The notes beneath the pieces were generated by a model. That model made no database searches and was not told where the DNA came from. It saw only the letters and a program-made list of their open reading frames with translations. Both the position numbers and the translations under genes were made by a program. A DNA stretch of 64,000 nucleotides from a virus (lineage: Duplodnaviria > Caudoviricetes): IMG/VR virus record IMGVR_UViG_3300027759_000043. One strand, 5' to 3'. Below are positions 27,850 to 36,501 of the stretch, in pieces; positions within the stretch are counted from its first letter, which is position 1, and every line of letters starts with the position of its first letter.

Positions 27850-28709
27850 TTTAGATCCTTTTTGTGTTGAGCAAAAATTTGATCACCGTGATATTGTTCG
27901 GGACAAAAACGACATTGATCAATGGGCTGGTTAAGATTGGCAATAAATTGCTGTTTGACTTCAGCACTGTCATTGATTTGTAAAGGGCGATAACTCAGCA
28001 TGAGATCACGATCCTCAGTCGTCAACGCCAACTTATTTTGTTCATCAAATTCAGGTAATACAGCCGCCACACCACATTTATACAATCCGCCACGTATGAA
28101 ATGATGACAAGTTTTCATGTGACAAATATCATGTGCTTTGACAGGATCGCTTTGATGCAGAGTCAGCACATTGTCTTGTTTGACAATAGCACCTTGATGG
28201 AACCACCAATTGTATTCTATTTTGACCCTCACACCATTGGCATCTGTTATCATCATGTATTGTTGATAAGGATTGTCACTGTTAAAACTCACCTGATGTG
28301 GTGCTTGGGTAAAGTCTTTTACTTTTTGTATGACTTCTTTCTTGTGCTGTTTGTTGTGTATTCCGACCCATAATACAATATTAGGGTGTTGTTGCAGTAT
28401 TGAATACAATTTTGGTTGCCGATCAAGCCGTAATCCATTGCTGATAATTCTTATTGCCTTTTTAGGCCATAACTGATTTATACCCACAACCCATTCTATA
28501 AAAGTAGGATTAAGTAATGGTTCACCACCTAGGATTCCTATACTGCCGATGTCAACCTGTCTGGACCATTGTTGATAAGTTTCAGCATAATCGCCCCAAC
28601 TTTGATACCCATTGAATTGGTAATTGTTAAATCGATTGCAACCCGGACAAGCCAAATTACAAACATTTATCATGTAAAATTCTGCATATGGTATAAACAA
28701 TTTAGACAT
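27846..28709 (-). CDS. radical SAM enzyme (short form, C-terminal Cys cluster)
   Basis: CNLACPGC; LGGEPLL; ISNG; C-terminal CHMKTC...KC...CRFC. Confidence 0.85.
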   Translation of the reverse strand: MSKLFIPYAEFYMINVCNLACPGCNRFNNYQFNGYQSWGDYAETYQQWSRQVDIGSIGILGGEPLLNPTFIEWVVGINQLWPKKAIRIISNGLRLDRQPKLYSILQQHPNIVLWVGIHNKQHKKEVIQKVKDFTQAPHQVSFNSDNPYQQYMMITDANGVRVKIEYNWWFHQGAIVKQDNVLTLHQSDPVKAHDICHMKTCHHFIRGGLYKCGVAAVLPEFDEQNKLALTTEDRDLMLSYRPLQINDSAEVKQQFIANLNQPIDQCRFCPEQYHGDQIFAQHKKDLK

Positions 28710-29661
28710 ACAATTGTTGTGTTTCTAGACTTTTCATCAGATGATAATTGTGATCAACTGTTTGTTTCATATCTGCGTACATAGATTCAAGTTCACTGAT
28801 TGACAATTGACTTATACGATCTATTATTTTAGGAATTTCTGTCAGTTGCCACCCTTCGGGATCTTCGCTATAACCTTCGTCCCACCATTGGCCAAAAGTT
28901 TTAAATCCTAATTTTTGTAGTCTTGATAAAAAGTTTTGTGGTCCATGCACAATAAAAGGTGTACGCATCAACATAGGACGCCAAATTTTTTCATCAATAT
29001 AAAATGTATTACCGGACCAATAGGTCAGGTTAACAACTTCAACAAAAAATTCTGGATATAATTTAGTGATGTTAAATGTTGCAGGACTCAAAATAGGGTA
29101 TTGATCAATTTTGTCAGATGTGATAGGCGCAGACTTTATCAATTCTATTGCACTATCAACACAATCCCAGCCATGCTGAGAAAACATCAAATCTTCTAGC
29201 CCTATAAAAGGTCGATGATACTTTTCTGTTGTATCACAATGATACGTTTGTAAAGTTCTTTCACGGTGGTTTCGATAAAGATAACTGCCTAGATACAATC
29301 TAGGACCATTACCGTGTCCTATAAAATGCCCAAAGTGCTTTTGTATTTGTTTACCAACACTGGGAGGTGTATATTTTTGTGCAGTATTTAGATAATACAC
29401 CTGGGGATTAATTATAATATTATAAATGTGATGTTTTTCTACTAGGTTACAGGTAGTTAGGTAAATTTGATTACCTGGGTAATTAAATCTACTGCACATG
29501 TTGTCTAACAGATCATACAAACCGAGACTAATGGCACACGGTCCTTCTCCATTGGCTTTGAGATCTATTCTTGGTAATTGTAGACTCATGGCATGTGCCA
29601 AGTCAATTACAAGTTGATCTCTATTCCAAATAGTACTATTGCTGTTGGCAAATACGATCAT
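28702..29661 (-). CDS. TEK-family putative glycosyltransferase, paralogue 5
   Basis: YIDEKIWRPMLMRTPF...LGFKTFGQWWDEGYS. Confidence 0.5.
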   Translation of the reverse strand: MIVFANSNSTIWNRDQLVIDLAHAMSLQLPRIDLKANGEGPCAISLGLYDLLDNMCSRFNYPGNQIYLTTCNLVEKHHIYNIIINPQVYYLNTAQKYTPPSVGKQIQKHFGHFIGHGNGPRLYLGSYLYRNHRERTLQTYHCDTTEKYHRPFIGLEDLMFSQHGWDCVDSAIELIKSAPITSDKIDQYPILSPATFNITKLYPEFFVEVVNLTYWSGNTFYIDEKIWRPMLMRTPFIVHGPQNFLSRLQKLGFKTFGQWWDEGYSEDPEGWQLTEIPKIIDRISQLSISELESMYADMKQTVDHNYHLMKSLETQQLYV

Positions 29662-30350
29662 TCAAAATACTTTTTAATGTAGTCAAACGTCTGACTTTGT
29701 GAGAAATTATAACGACCAAATGGTGGTTTCTCACATGATAAATTGTACGGCTCACAAGATGCACTGTTGACTGAGATATTAGGAAAAAATCGATCAATTA
29801 TTATTTGATCTTTGATGGGTTCGCTCACAAGATTTATGTCTTGAATATTGTTGTTGATAATAGTGTTTATATCTTCAACTAATTTATCTAAAGGATAATA
29901 TTGTCTAACTGTATTGGCATTGATTTTATCCAAATACAAACTGTGTTTTAAATCATACAGTATATTTTTTCTAATGTCACTGTGAATCAATGTACACAAT
30001 CTTATCACATGATGATTGTTGAATTGAGTTTTGACAAATTTTTCAAGTTGTCCTCGATTGTGACCATAAACAGTTTCTGGCGCATGTAACACATCAACAG
30101 AACTTATCAAAACAAATCTATCTACTGTGATTGTTTTAAGATAGTCTATTAGCAAACGTATGTTGGATTGATCTTGCTCTGGATACTTGTTGGCCAAAAG
30201 CCTATTGCTCGAGGGAGCGGCGCAATACAAGACATCAAAGTGCTTGCCTTGTATGTCTGAAATGTTTGAAGTGTTGTATTCTAAATCAAATAAAATAGTA
30301 GATTTAAGTACTCCGCCAATCAAGCCTGTATTTCCAATCAACCCAATCAT
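29658..30350 (-). CDS. Rossmann-fold NDP-sugar epimerase/reductase-like protein
   Basis: MIGLIGNTGLIGG glycine motif, LISSVDV, YGHNR; start adjusted. Confidence 0.65.
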   Translation of the reverse strand: MIGLIGNTGLIGGVLKSTILFDLEYNTSNISDIQGKHFDVLYCAAPSSNRLLANKYPEQDQSNIRLLIDYLKTITVDRFVLISSVDVLHAPETVYGHNRGQLEKFVKTQFNNHHVIRLCTLIHSDIRKNILYDLKHSLYLDKINANTVRQYYPLDKLVEDINTIINNNIQDINLVSEPIKDQIIIDRFFPNISVNSASCEPYNLSCEKPPFGRYNFSQSQTFDYIKKYFE

Positions 30351-30351
30351 G

Positions 30352-31278
30352 CTACCAACCTTCTTGTGCTCTAATAACATCAATTTCTCGCACCATGATG
30401 CCTTGGTTGTGCCAGTTGCTACGATAGTGGTGTTTAAAGAACCGGCTGGCTTCTGCTGTGAGCATGTGCATGGGCAAGTCCAGTTGTGTGGCCAAATCAT
30501 CTGCCAGTCGATTGGCAATGATTTCTGGTTGATCGTTTTCCACGGTCTTGAAAAGTTCAGCCAGTGCCGCAAAGTTTTGTACCTGTAAGTAATCCCAGTT
30601 AGTAAGCATGGTCATGTATGTGCCTTGCCTTGCACCTGCAATGCTCCAGTAACCATAATCTACATCACCGCCCACATTGTGCCAAATGGTCAAATGATCT
30701 AAGTTTCTTTGATGCACACGATCACGGAATTCACTCACAGTGGGTCTTGCTCCGCGATTCAAACACATTTTGACGCCTTCGCGGAATCCGGCACGCCAGG
30801 CGTGAAATGCTGATCCATTTGGATATGTTACACTATAGCAGTCATGCATGGCCCAGTACAAGGGATCAAAACAAAATTCTATTTGTGTTTCTGTGCGACC
30901 ATCTGTGGCTTCGTGTGTGCGCATGTTGCGTACAAATTCACGTGTCCAGGAACTTAGGCCACCATTGCCGTACATGAGTCCGTTTATATGATTACGTGCT
31001 CTCCATCTAAACACAGCCTGCTCATAATCACCAGCAGGAAAATCCAATGTTTGATTAAAAAACGCCGGGTCCGGGAGGTTGTCTCCATCAATGAGAATAA
31101 ATCTTTCTGTATCACTTGCATCAGCGGCTGCCTTGTGTGCCGCGTCAGAGCCGAATACACCATCAATTCTTTGGGCCCATGGAACCATGTTTTTGATCTT
31201 GACCCAGAATTCTTCTTTTTGTGGCTCATCATATGATAGGTAAATGCAATCTAAATCTGCTATGTCAATCTTGCTCAT
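30352..31278 (-). CDS. GT-A-like putative glycosyltransferase
   Basis: DCIYLSYDEP, GVFGSDAAHKAAA, ILIDGD (DxD), AWRAGFREGVKM. Confidence 0.65.
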   Translation of the reverse strand: MSKIDIADLDCIYLSYDEPQKEEFWVKIKNMVPWAQRIDGVFGSDAAHKAAADASDTERFILIDGDNLPDPAFFNQTLDFPAGDYEQAVFRWRARNHINGLMYGNGGLSSWTREFVRNMRTHEATDGRTETQIEFCFDPLYWAMHDCYSVTYPNGSAFHAWRAGFREGVKMCLNRGARPTVSEFRDRVHQRNLDHLTIWHNVGGDVDYGYWSIAGARQGTYMTMLTNWDYLQVQNFAALAELFKTVENDQPEIIANRLADDLATQLDLPMHMLTAEASRFFKHHYRSNWHNQGIMVREIDVIRAQEGW

Positions 31279-31606
31279 ATTGTTTTAATTTCCATTGTTG
31301 GTTGGATTTTTGCTCACTCACAACAACAGCAACATCATTAGGGTAACACGGTGTTCCTGTGCTACTGGGCACCAATTTTGGTGGTCCAGGTCTTTTGCGT
31401 GGTGTTAACACACCATTAACCACACGCACCTGCAGGTCTCTTAATGCAAACTGTTCCGGAGTAAGATCAATGTACTTACCGGGTTGATCTTCATGGCTGT
31501 AAAACAATGGCATGCCCTGATCATCGTAGTAAAGTCTGTGGTAAACTGTTTTGATTTCAGGCCACTCAATGGCGTTCCAAAAGTCTAAGAATTCTTGTTC
31601 AGTCAT
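31265..31606 (-). CDS. hypothetical protein
   Basis: Coupled ORF; start adjusted to MTEQEFL. Confidence 0.65.
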   Translation of the reverse strand: MTEQEFLDFWNAIEWPEIKTVYHRLYYDDQGMPLFYSHEDQPGKYIDLTPEQFALRDLQVRVVNGVLTPRKRPGPPKLVPSSTGTPCYPNDVAVVVSEQKSNQQWKLKQYEQD

Positions 31607-32333
31607 TTCGCCAATCCTTTTGATGATAATGCACTGCACCCCACTGAGCCACTGTGTTGAATCTCAAAGGATTATTTTCCCAAATTAACTCCTGTGTCCA
31701 ATTTTGCGTGTGCGTAGGAATCATATGGCGTTTCATATGCACAATCCGGGGATAACTTGCAAACGGCATAGTTACTTGTTCTGGTCCCATAATTTGTGCG
31801 GCCATAGCATATACTAAATCTGTAGAAGCCTCTTCATCTGGAAACTTTAGTAATGTTCGATATTCAGTCCAGTTTTCAAAAATATTTCGCACCAATTGAA
31901 AAAACTCTTTTGCTGTTTGACTCACTCGCCAATAGGTTATGGCATTGTAAACATCGGGCAAGTGGTTGGCATCAAACACTTTTCTATAATATCTACTGGT
32001 GGCTGGTTGATCATAAAAGTCTCTGGCACTGGTGGATACCACAACGTCTCTATGCTGTAGCATAGTCCACCAATGCTCAATGGGACTGGCTATGACCATG
32101 TCGGCTTCTAGTTTGATAGTTTGTCTATAAGGGCTGGCTGCGAAGCATTGCCAATCATTGGCAAAGCCACCTTGATCACCATTGGGCAACATTTCTCTGG
32201 TGAGTATGGTTATGTTGACCTCAGGGTGCCACTGCCGTATGCTGTCAGCCAACTGCTCGGCACAGACCACATAATCTGTATCTTCAGTATTGACGGCAGG
32301 TATTAGATAGCCACGTTCAGCAAGAATTGGCAA
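31599..32333 (-). CDS. nucleotide-diphospho-sugar transferase-like protein (TTG start)
   Basis: SPYRQTIKLEADM, PDVYNAITYW, HMK motifs typical of GT-A/GT8-like folds. Confidence 0.6.
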   Translation of the reverse strand: MPILAERGYLIPAVNTEDTDYVVCAEQLADSIRQWHPEVNITILTREMLPNGDQGGFANDWQCFAASPYRQTIKLEADMVIASPIEHWWTMLQHRDVVVSTSARDFYDQPATSRYYRKVFDANHLPDVYNAITYWRVSQTAKEFFQLVRNIFENWTEYRTLLKFPDEEASTDLVYAMAAQIMGPEQVTMPFASYPRIVHMKRHMIPTHTQNWTQELIWENNPLRFNTVAQWGAVHYHQKDWRND

Positions 32334-33123
32334 TGATATCTCCTAAATGTTTTTTGCCCATGGCATGAAAAGATGTGCCAGCCCATGCTATCTTTTTTGG
32401 GCGTTTGTTGTCTAGATATTCAATTTGAAAAAAGTCTTCATCTAGTTGTGTAAGTTTGTGTTCGGGCATGACGCTGGCCATTCTGAATGGTATGTTGTCT
32501 ACTTTTAGTGTGTGTCCACTCACAATACCTAGAGCGATACTGAGAGCATAGTCATTGCGATAGGTAGAGCCTGGAATATGATATAAGTCCTTGTAGTGGC
32601 GCCAGTTTGCACGTATCATGCCCATGCAATCAAAAATGTATTGTGCTGTGTTTGATTTGCGGAACATCATGACTGTGGCCCACCACATGGGCATGCGATT
32701 GTGCCCAAAATAGTTGAGCCCGTCAAAGTCATTCATGCTGGTCATGTCCCAGGCCAATCTGTGACACATAAAATCTTGCGGACTGTTGATTACCATTTGT
32801 AATTCTTTACTGCACACTACATAGTCAGCGTCTAGTACTAAAGTTTGATCCCAAGGCGTAAGTCGATATGAATCAGTTCTACTTGCGTTGTGCCAAGACA
32901 CAGTCGCTTGATAATCCGCAAACCAACGTTTTCCACCGGAAACTGGCGTTGCATTAATGATTTGATCTGCGGCAGCCAGGCGTCGATCTGTTGGACTTGC
33001 GTCGGTGACGATGGCCACTGGAATGTTGAGGTGCCTATGAATTCTGTTAGCACTCCATCCAGCCATAGCAACGTAGTCGGTTTGTTCATTGTCAAACGCA
33101 AATATCAATGCGCCCGTGGTCAT
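32317..33123 (-). CDS. nucleotide-diphospho-sugar transferase-like protein
   Basis: TPWDQTLVLDADY (DxD), WATVMMF, RNDYALSIA; paralogue of 31599..32333. Confidence 0.65.
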   Translation of the reverse strand: MTTGALIFAFDNEQTDYVAMAGWSANRIHRHLNIPVAIVTDASPTDRRLAAADQIINATPVSGGKRWFADYQATVSWHNASRTDSYRLTPWDQTLVLDADYVVCSKELQMVINSPQDFMCHRLAWDMTSMNDFDGLNYFGHNRMPMWWATVMMFRKSNTAQYIFDCMGMIRANWRHYKDLYHIPGSTYRNDYALSIALGIVSGHTLKVDNIPFRMASVMPEHKLTQLDEDFFQIEYLDNKRPKKIAWAGTSFHAMGKKHLGDIIANSC

Positions 33124-33428
33124 CTTTTTCGACTTTGTTCTTCATATTCTACCAGCCAGGCATTCATTTGTTCTTGCCAATGGCCATGTGATTTTGCAAA
33201 CAGTTCGGGAACATTTACACGTACAGGGGTTTCGTATAGATCTAGTAGCACAACATCCTTATCTTGAGCACAACTGAGCAAGGTACATTGTAATTCAGGT
33301 CCGGCTCGCCACATGCCTCCAGCATGAGCAAACAACATTCGAGCCTCATACTTTTCTTTCAACACACGTCGTGCGGCCACATGATCAAAACGTGCTCGTG
33401 CATGAGCAATTAATGTGTCGGTATTCAT
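33120..33428 (-). CDS. hypothetical protein, first gene of the modification operon
   Basis: 102 aa, immediately downstream of the promoter at 33435-33463. Confidence 0.7.
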   Translation of the reverse strand: MNTDTLIAHARARFDHVAARRVLKEKYEARMLFAHAGGMWRAGPELQCTLLSCAQDKDVVLLDLYETPVRVNVPELFAKSHGHWQEQMNAWLVEYEEQSRKR

Positions 33429-33434
33429 TGTAGT

Positions 33435-33463
33435 ATTATAAAAGAAAAAAGGGCAAAAGTCTA
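33435..33463 (-). promoter_or_regulatory. sigma70 promoter driving the modification operon
   Basis: Minus strand TAGACT, 17-bp spacer, TATAAT; ATG 6 nt downstream. Confidence 0.7.
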
Positions 33464-33474
33464 CCTTTTGCCCT
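33440..33474 (-). terminator. Rho-independent terminator ending the virion operon
   Basis: Minus strand AGGGCAAAAG-GTAGA-CTTTTGCCCT followed by TTTTTCTTT. Confidence 0.85.
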
Positions 33475-33489
33475 GTTTGGGTTTGCCAA

Positions 33490-34482
33490 TTAGGCTACGC
33501 TGGCAGCAATTGTGGGTGTTCCCCACGAATTACTCAAAGTGGCCGAACTTGGTGGAAGATATGTGACCAAAGTTGTGGGTGCTGTGCCTGAGATTGTGGT
33601 TGATGGACTGGCAGTTGCTGTACCTCCCGAAATATCAGCAGTAGTACCTGCACCTGATGATCCATCGCTGACCCAGGTTGTGACCAAGGTCAACACTGTG
33701 GAACTTGTGGCTGTGGCAGTGGTACGAATGTATTCGCCTGAATATGGACTAGTGGCATTGTTCAATTGGAATATGGTAGCGGGTGATGCTGTTAGATTGT
33801 ACCAACCTGTTGTGGTAGCGAGAGTGGTTTGTGTACCACCTGTGCCACTGAGTCTGGTGGTTCCGGTGTAGGCTTGGGCGGCAATTGTGTTGGTAGTGTT
33901 GTTAATACGACCAGTAAGGTTGATTGTGCCGCACTGTCCAGCAAATGTGTTCCATTCAGGATCATTGTCAGTGCCTGTGGAACTCTTGCCGTATTTTAAA
34001 CGTACAATACCGCCCGCGTTCCAGAAATAACGTGCTTGGTTGGCTGACGGGAATGTCACAGTGTGTGTGAATGTGATAGACCAAGCGGCTTGTCCTGACC
34101 CAGTGGCAGTGGTTTTGCTTGTGGTGCCTGTAAATGTTCCGTACTCAGTACCAGAGGCAGCCGCATTGCCGCGATTGGTTGTTACACTAGTAATATCTGT
34201 TTGTACATTGGCCAAGATGGCAACAATGTTTCCTGTGACAGGTGCTGTTCTTGAAGTGAGAGTTGTGCCAGTTTGAGTACCAGATGTGGCCAAGTTATTG
34301 ACCAAAGTAGCCCAGTTTGTGGCTGTAACAATTCCGCTTGCAGCCACTGTGGCAATGTCGGTTTGTCCCCACCCTGCATCACCCGATCCTGTACTCCAAA
34401 CACGATTTAATCCTGCTGTGGTGTTACCTGCAAACGTGTTGTAGTCTGCGGCTAATATTTGTGATCCTACGGTATAAGTCAT
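33490..34482 (-). CDS. Thr/Gly/Ser-rich virion fibre-like structural protein
   Basis: MTYTVGSQILAADYN N-terminus typical of jumbo-phage fibre proteins; low-complexity beta-rich composition. Confidence 0.65.
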   Translation of the reverse strand: MTYTVGSQILAADYNTFAGNTTAGLNRVWSTGSGDAGWGQTDIATVAASGIVTATNWATLVNNLATSGTQTGTTLTSRTAPVTGNIVAILANVQTDITSVTTNRGNAAASGTEYGTFTGTTSKTTATGSGQAAWSITFTHTVTFPSANQARYFWNAGGIVRLKYGKSSTGTDNDPEWNTFAGQCGTINLTGRINNTTNTIAAQAYTGTTRLSGTGGTQTTLATTTGWYNLTASPATIFQLNNATSPYSGEYIRTTATATSSTVLTLVTTWVSDGSSGAGTTADISGGTATASPSTTISGTAPTTLVTYLPPSSATLSNSWGTPTIAASVA

Positions 34483-34494
34483 TGCTGTTTCCTG

Positions 34495-35697
34495 TTATTT
34501 AATTGTGACAATGGCTTCTACTGTGCCAAGTCCTGTGTCTAATTTATCTGTCAATGCACGACCGATAACATTAAACGCATTTGCTTCTTCGGGTTGAGCA
34601 GATCGGGCAATGCCGTCGCCTGCCGAAATCAATCTATCGCCTTTGCGTACTGCACCTGTTACACGAACAGGCACACGACCTGTCATGGCCACTGGAGGGT
34701 GTGTGTCGTTTTCACCCGCACCACCGTTCATGGTAAATGCAGGTCTAGTAGAAATTACACCAAACACATTGTTGCTGGCGTCTGTCCGGACCATGGTGAT
34801 TTCGGCTGAGCCACCTAGTTCAACTACTGTACCTGGTGTGTAGATTTCGTCTGCGGCAAAGCGTTCTGCAACGTCGGCGTAAAGTGCTGTGGTTGCCGTG
34901 GCAAAAATTGTGTTGAAGTAACTGCCCGATGATCCAATATTACCAATTGCATTACCTGCACCGTTGATGATACCAGTAGCGGCACCACTGGTGTTCACTG
35001 TGATTGTGCCTGAGCAAGCGGTATTGGCATCACTACGCATGAATTGACTACTGGTTAAACTATTCAAAGCCAATGAATTTGTTGAGTTGCCCCAAACAGC
35101 GTTATTAGCAATACTAGTGCCCAAGGTGAGACCAGGGTTGACTGCTTGTACACCCCACCCACCAGCAACAGCCGAACCAGGAGTAAATGTTTGGTCCTTG
35201 CTGATGATGCCAACAATGCTGTTGTTGGCATATAATTCAATTACAAAATGTGATGTTGCTGTGTTGTCTACAATTGTGGCAACAATAGCACCTGTTGTGC
35301 CTGTGCCCGGAGTATACGCAGGACCTACTACGATAAAGGCTGTGCCCGTGTAAACATTCAACTGTTGATTGACTGTGTCATACCACAAATCGCCAGCAAC
35401 GTTTGATGTTGGAGCAGAAGAACTGGCTGCGGCGCCGCCAATGGTCTTGAATGTGCTACCGTTGTACACCTGCATTGTGCCCGAAGTTTGGTTCCACCAA
35501 AGTTGCCCAGTTAGCGGTGCGCCAGGTGCTGTGGTATTAGAACCATTCTCCAATAGACGAATAAAGTTGTCGTCTAGGAATTGTCCGTAACCGGCCCAGT
35601 TTTTACCCACCAGGGTCATGCTGGAATCAGTGTTGATGGTGCCATCTGCTATGGTAGCAAAAATCGCGCCATCAGTTAGTGTAATTGTATATGACAT
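34495..35697 (-). CDS. tail fibre-like protein with C-terminal intramolecular chaperone/autocleavage-like domain
   Basis: LVGKNWAGYGQFLDDNFIRLLENGS...PLTGQLWW; C-terminal YADVAERF...PGTVV...PVAMTGRVPVRVTG...GDRL. Confidence 0.7.
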   Translation of the reverse strand: MSYTITLTDGAIFATIADGTINTDSSMTLVGKNWAGYGQFLDDNFIRLLENGSNTTAPGAPLTGQLWWNQTSGTMQVYNGSTFKTIGGAAASSSAPTSNVAGDLWYDTVNQQLNVYTGTAFIVVGPAYTPGTGTTGAIVATIVDNTATSHFVIELYANNSIVGIISKDQTFTPGSAVAGGWGVQAVNPGLTLGTSIANNAVWGNSTNSLALNSLTSSQFMRSDANTACSGTITVNTSGAATGIINGAGNAIGNIGSSGSYFNTIFATATTALYADVAERFAADEIYTPGTVVELGGSAEITMVRTDASNNVFGVISTRPAFTMNGGAGENDTHPPVAMTGRVPVRVTGAVRKGDRLISAGDGIARSAQPEEANAFNVIGRALTDKLDTGLGTVEAIVTIK

Positions 35698-35721
35698 GTG
35701 TTACTCCGAATGCTCTATCTC

Positions 35722-35727
35722 TATTTA
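35722..35727 (-). promoter_or_regulatory. late promoter core TAAATA
   Basis: CATAAATA upstream of a GGAG RBS and ATG 35697. Confidence 0.5.
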
Positions 35728-36339
35728 TGCTGTGCTTAGGTTGGTCAGGGTCTGTATACGCACAGTATAATCAATCTGTATCTGACGATTTAATGATTTT
35801 TGTACAGGGTGAAAAATCACGTGGGTCAGCAGTCTGTCAGCAGTTGTGCCTGTCCAGGCTTTTAAGCCCAGTTCATCAAACACATATTCACCGTTAAAAT
35901 TGGTACTATTGTCAAATGCTTGTTGCCCAGGTGGTTCACCGTAATCCAGCAAACAACTGACCAAAATATCAGTATAAACCTTGCCTGACGTATGCAATAC
36001 TGACATATAGTTGTTAGTGGGGTCTGTATCGGCTGCTGAGTTGTCATCAACCACTTTGGCGTAGGTTTCATTGTAGAGATCGGCATTGATACCTGTGGTA
36101 TTTGGGGGCAAGTATGTGATAATACCTGTGGGATCCACACTGGATCCACCGTTGCCAAATGCCATGGTGTAAATCCATCCGCCGCCTTGTGCGCTGGTTC
36201 TATTGCTGAGAGTTTCAGCAAGGCTGATGCTCATATTTTCGTAATGAATAGCGTTCTTTTTGTCCACAAAAATTTCGCCGTTGTTGGGGTCAAATATTTT
36301 GACAAATCCTTCAATTTTTACCATGCCCGGAGAAATCAT
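35725..36339 (-). CDS. virion structural protein (baseplate region)
   Basis: GFVKIFDP...KKNAIH...MAFGNGG...FDELGL...HVIFHPVQKSLNRQIQIDYTVRI. Confidence 0.7.
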   Translation of the reverse strand: MISPGMVKIEGFVKIFDPNNGEIFVDKKNAIHYENMSISLAETLSNRTSAQGGGWIYTMAFGNGGSSVDPTGIITYLPPNTTGINADLYNETYAKVVDDNSAADTDPTNNYMSVLHTSGKVYTDILVSCLLDYGEPPGQQAFDNSTNFNGEYVFDELGLKAWTGTTADRLLTHVIFHPVQKSLNRQIQIDYTVRIQTLTNLSTA

Positions 36340-36482
36340 GCTCTAGTCTCCACAAAAGTTTCTTTAGTTTTTGGATCAAAAATCTTTACAAAACCTGTAA
36401 CCGAAATTGATCCCTGTTCGTTAGGGCGTTTTGGCTGTGAGTTTGTCTCTTGTTTGACAGGTTGTTGATTATTTTGCATCAT
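36336..36482 (-). CDS. 48-aa micro-protein resembling the N-terminus of the next gene (absent from ORF track)
   Basis: MMQNNQQPVKQETNSQPKRPNEQGSISVTGFVKIFDPKTKETFVETRA*; TAAATA at 36487-36492; ATGA overlap. Confidence 0.7.
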   Translation of the reverse strand: MMQNNQQPVKQETNSQPKRPNEQGSISVTGFVKIFDPKTKETFVETRA

Positions 36483-36501
36483 GTTTTATTTACCTTGTTC
36501 T

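Noticed and set aside
18747-28709. Radical SAM cluster as a 7-deazaguanine (QueE) or RiPP pathway
   Set aside because: No folE/queC/queD/dpdA, QueE-specific features, or obvious precursor peptide with RRE, protease or transporter; the 33-aa peptide lacks Cys and leader features
9199-33428. Island as a bacterial O-antigen locus from host contamination or a prophage boundary
   Set aside because: No wzx/wzy/ABC transporter or other membrane proteins are present, and the genes are coupled to and interleaved with phage genes
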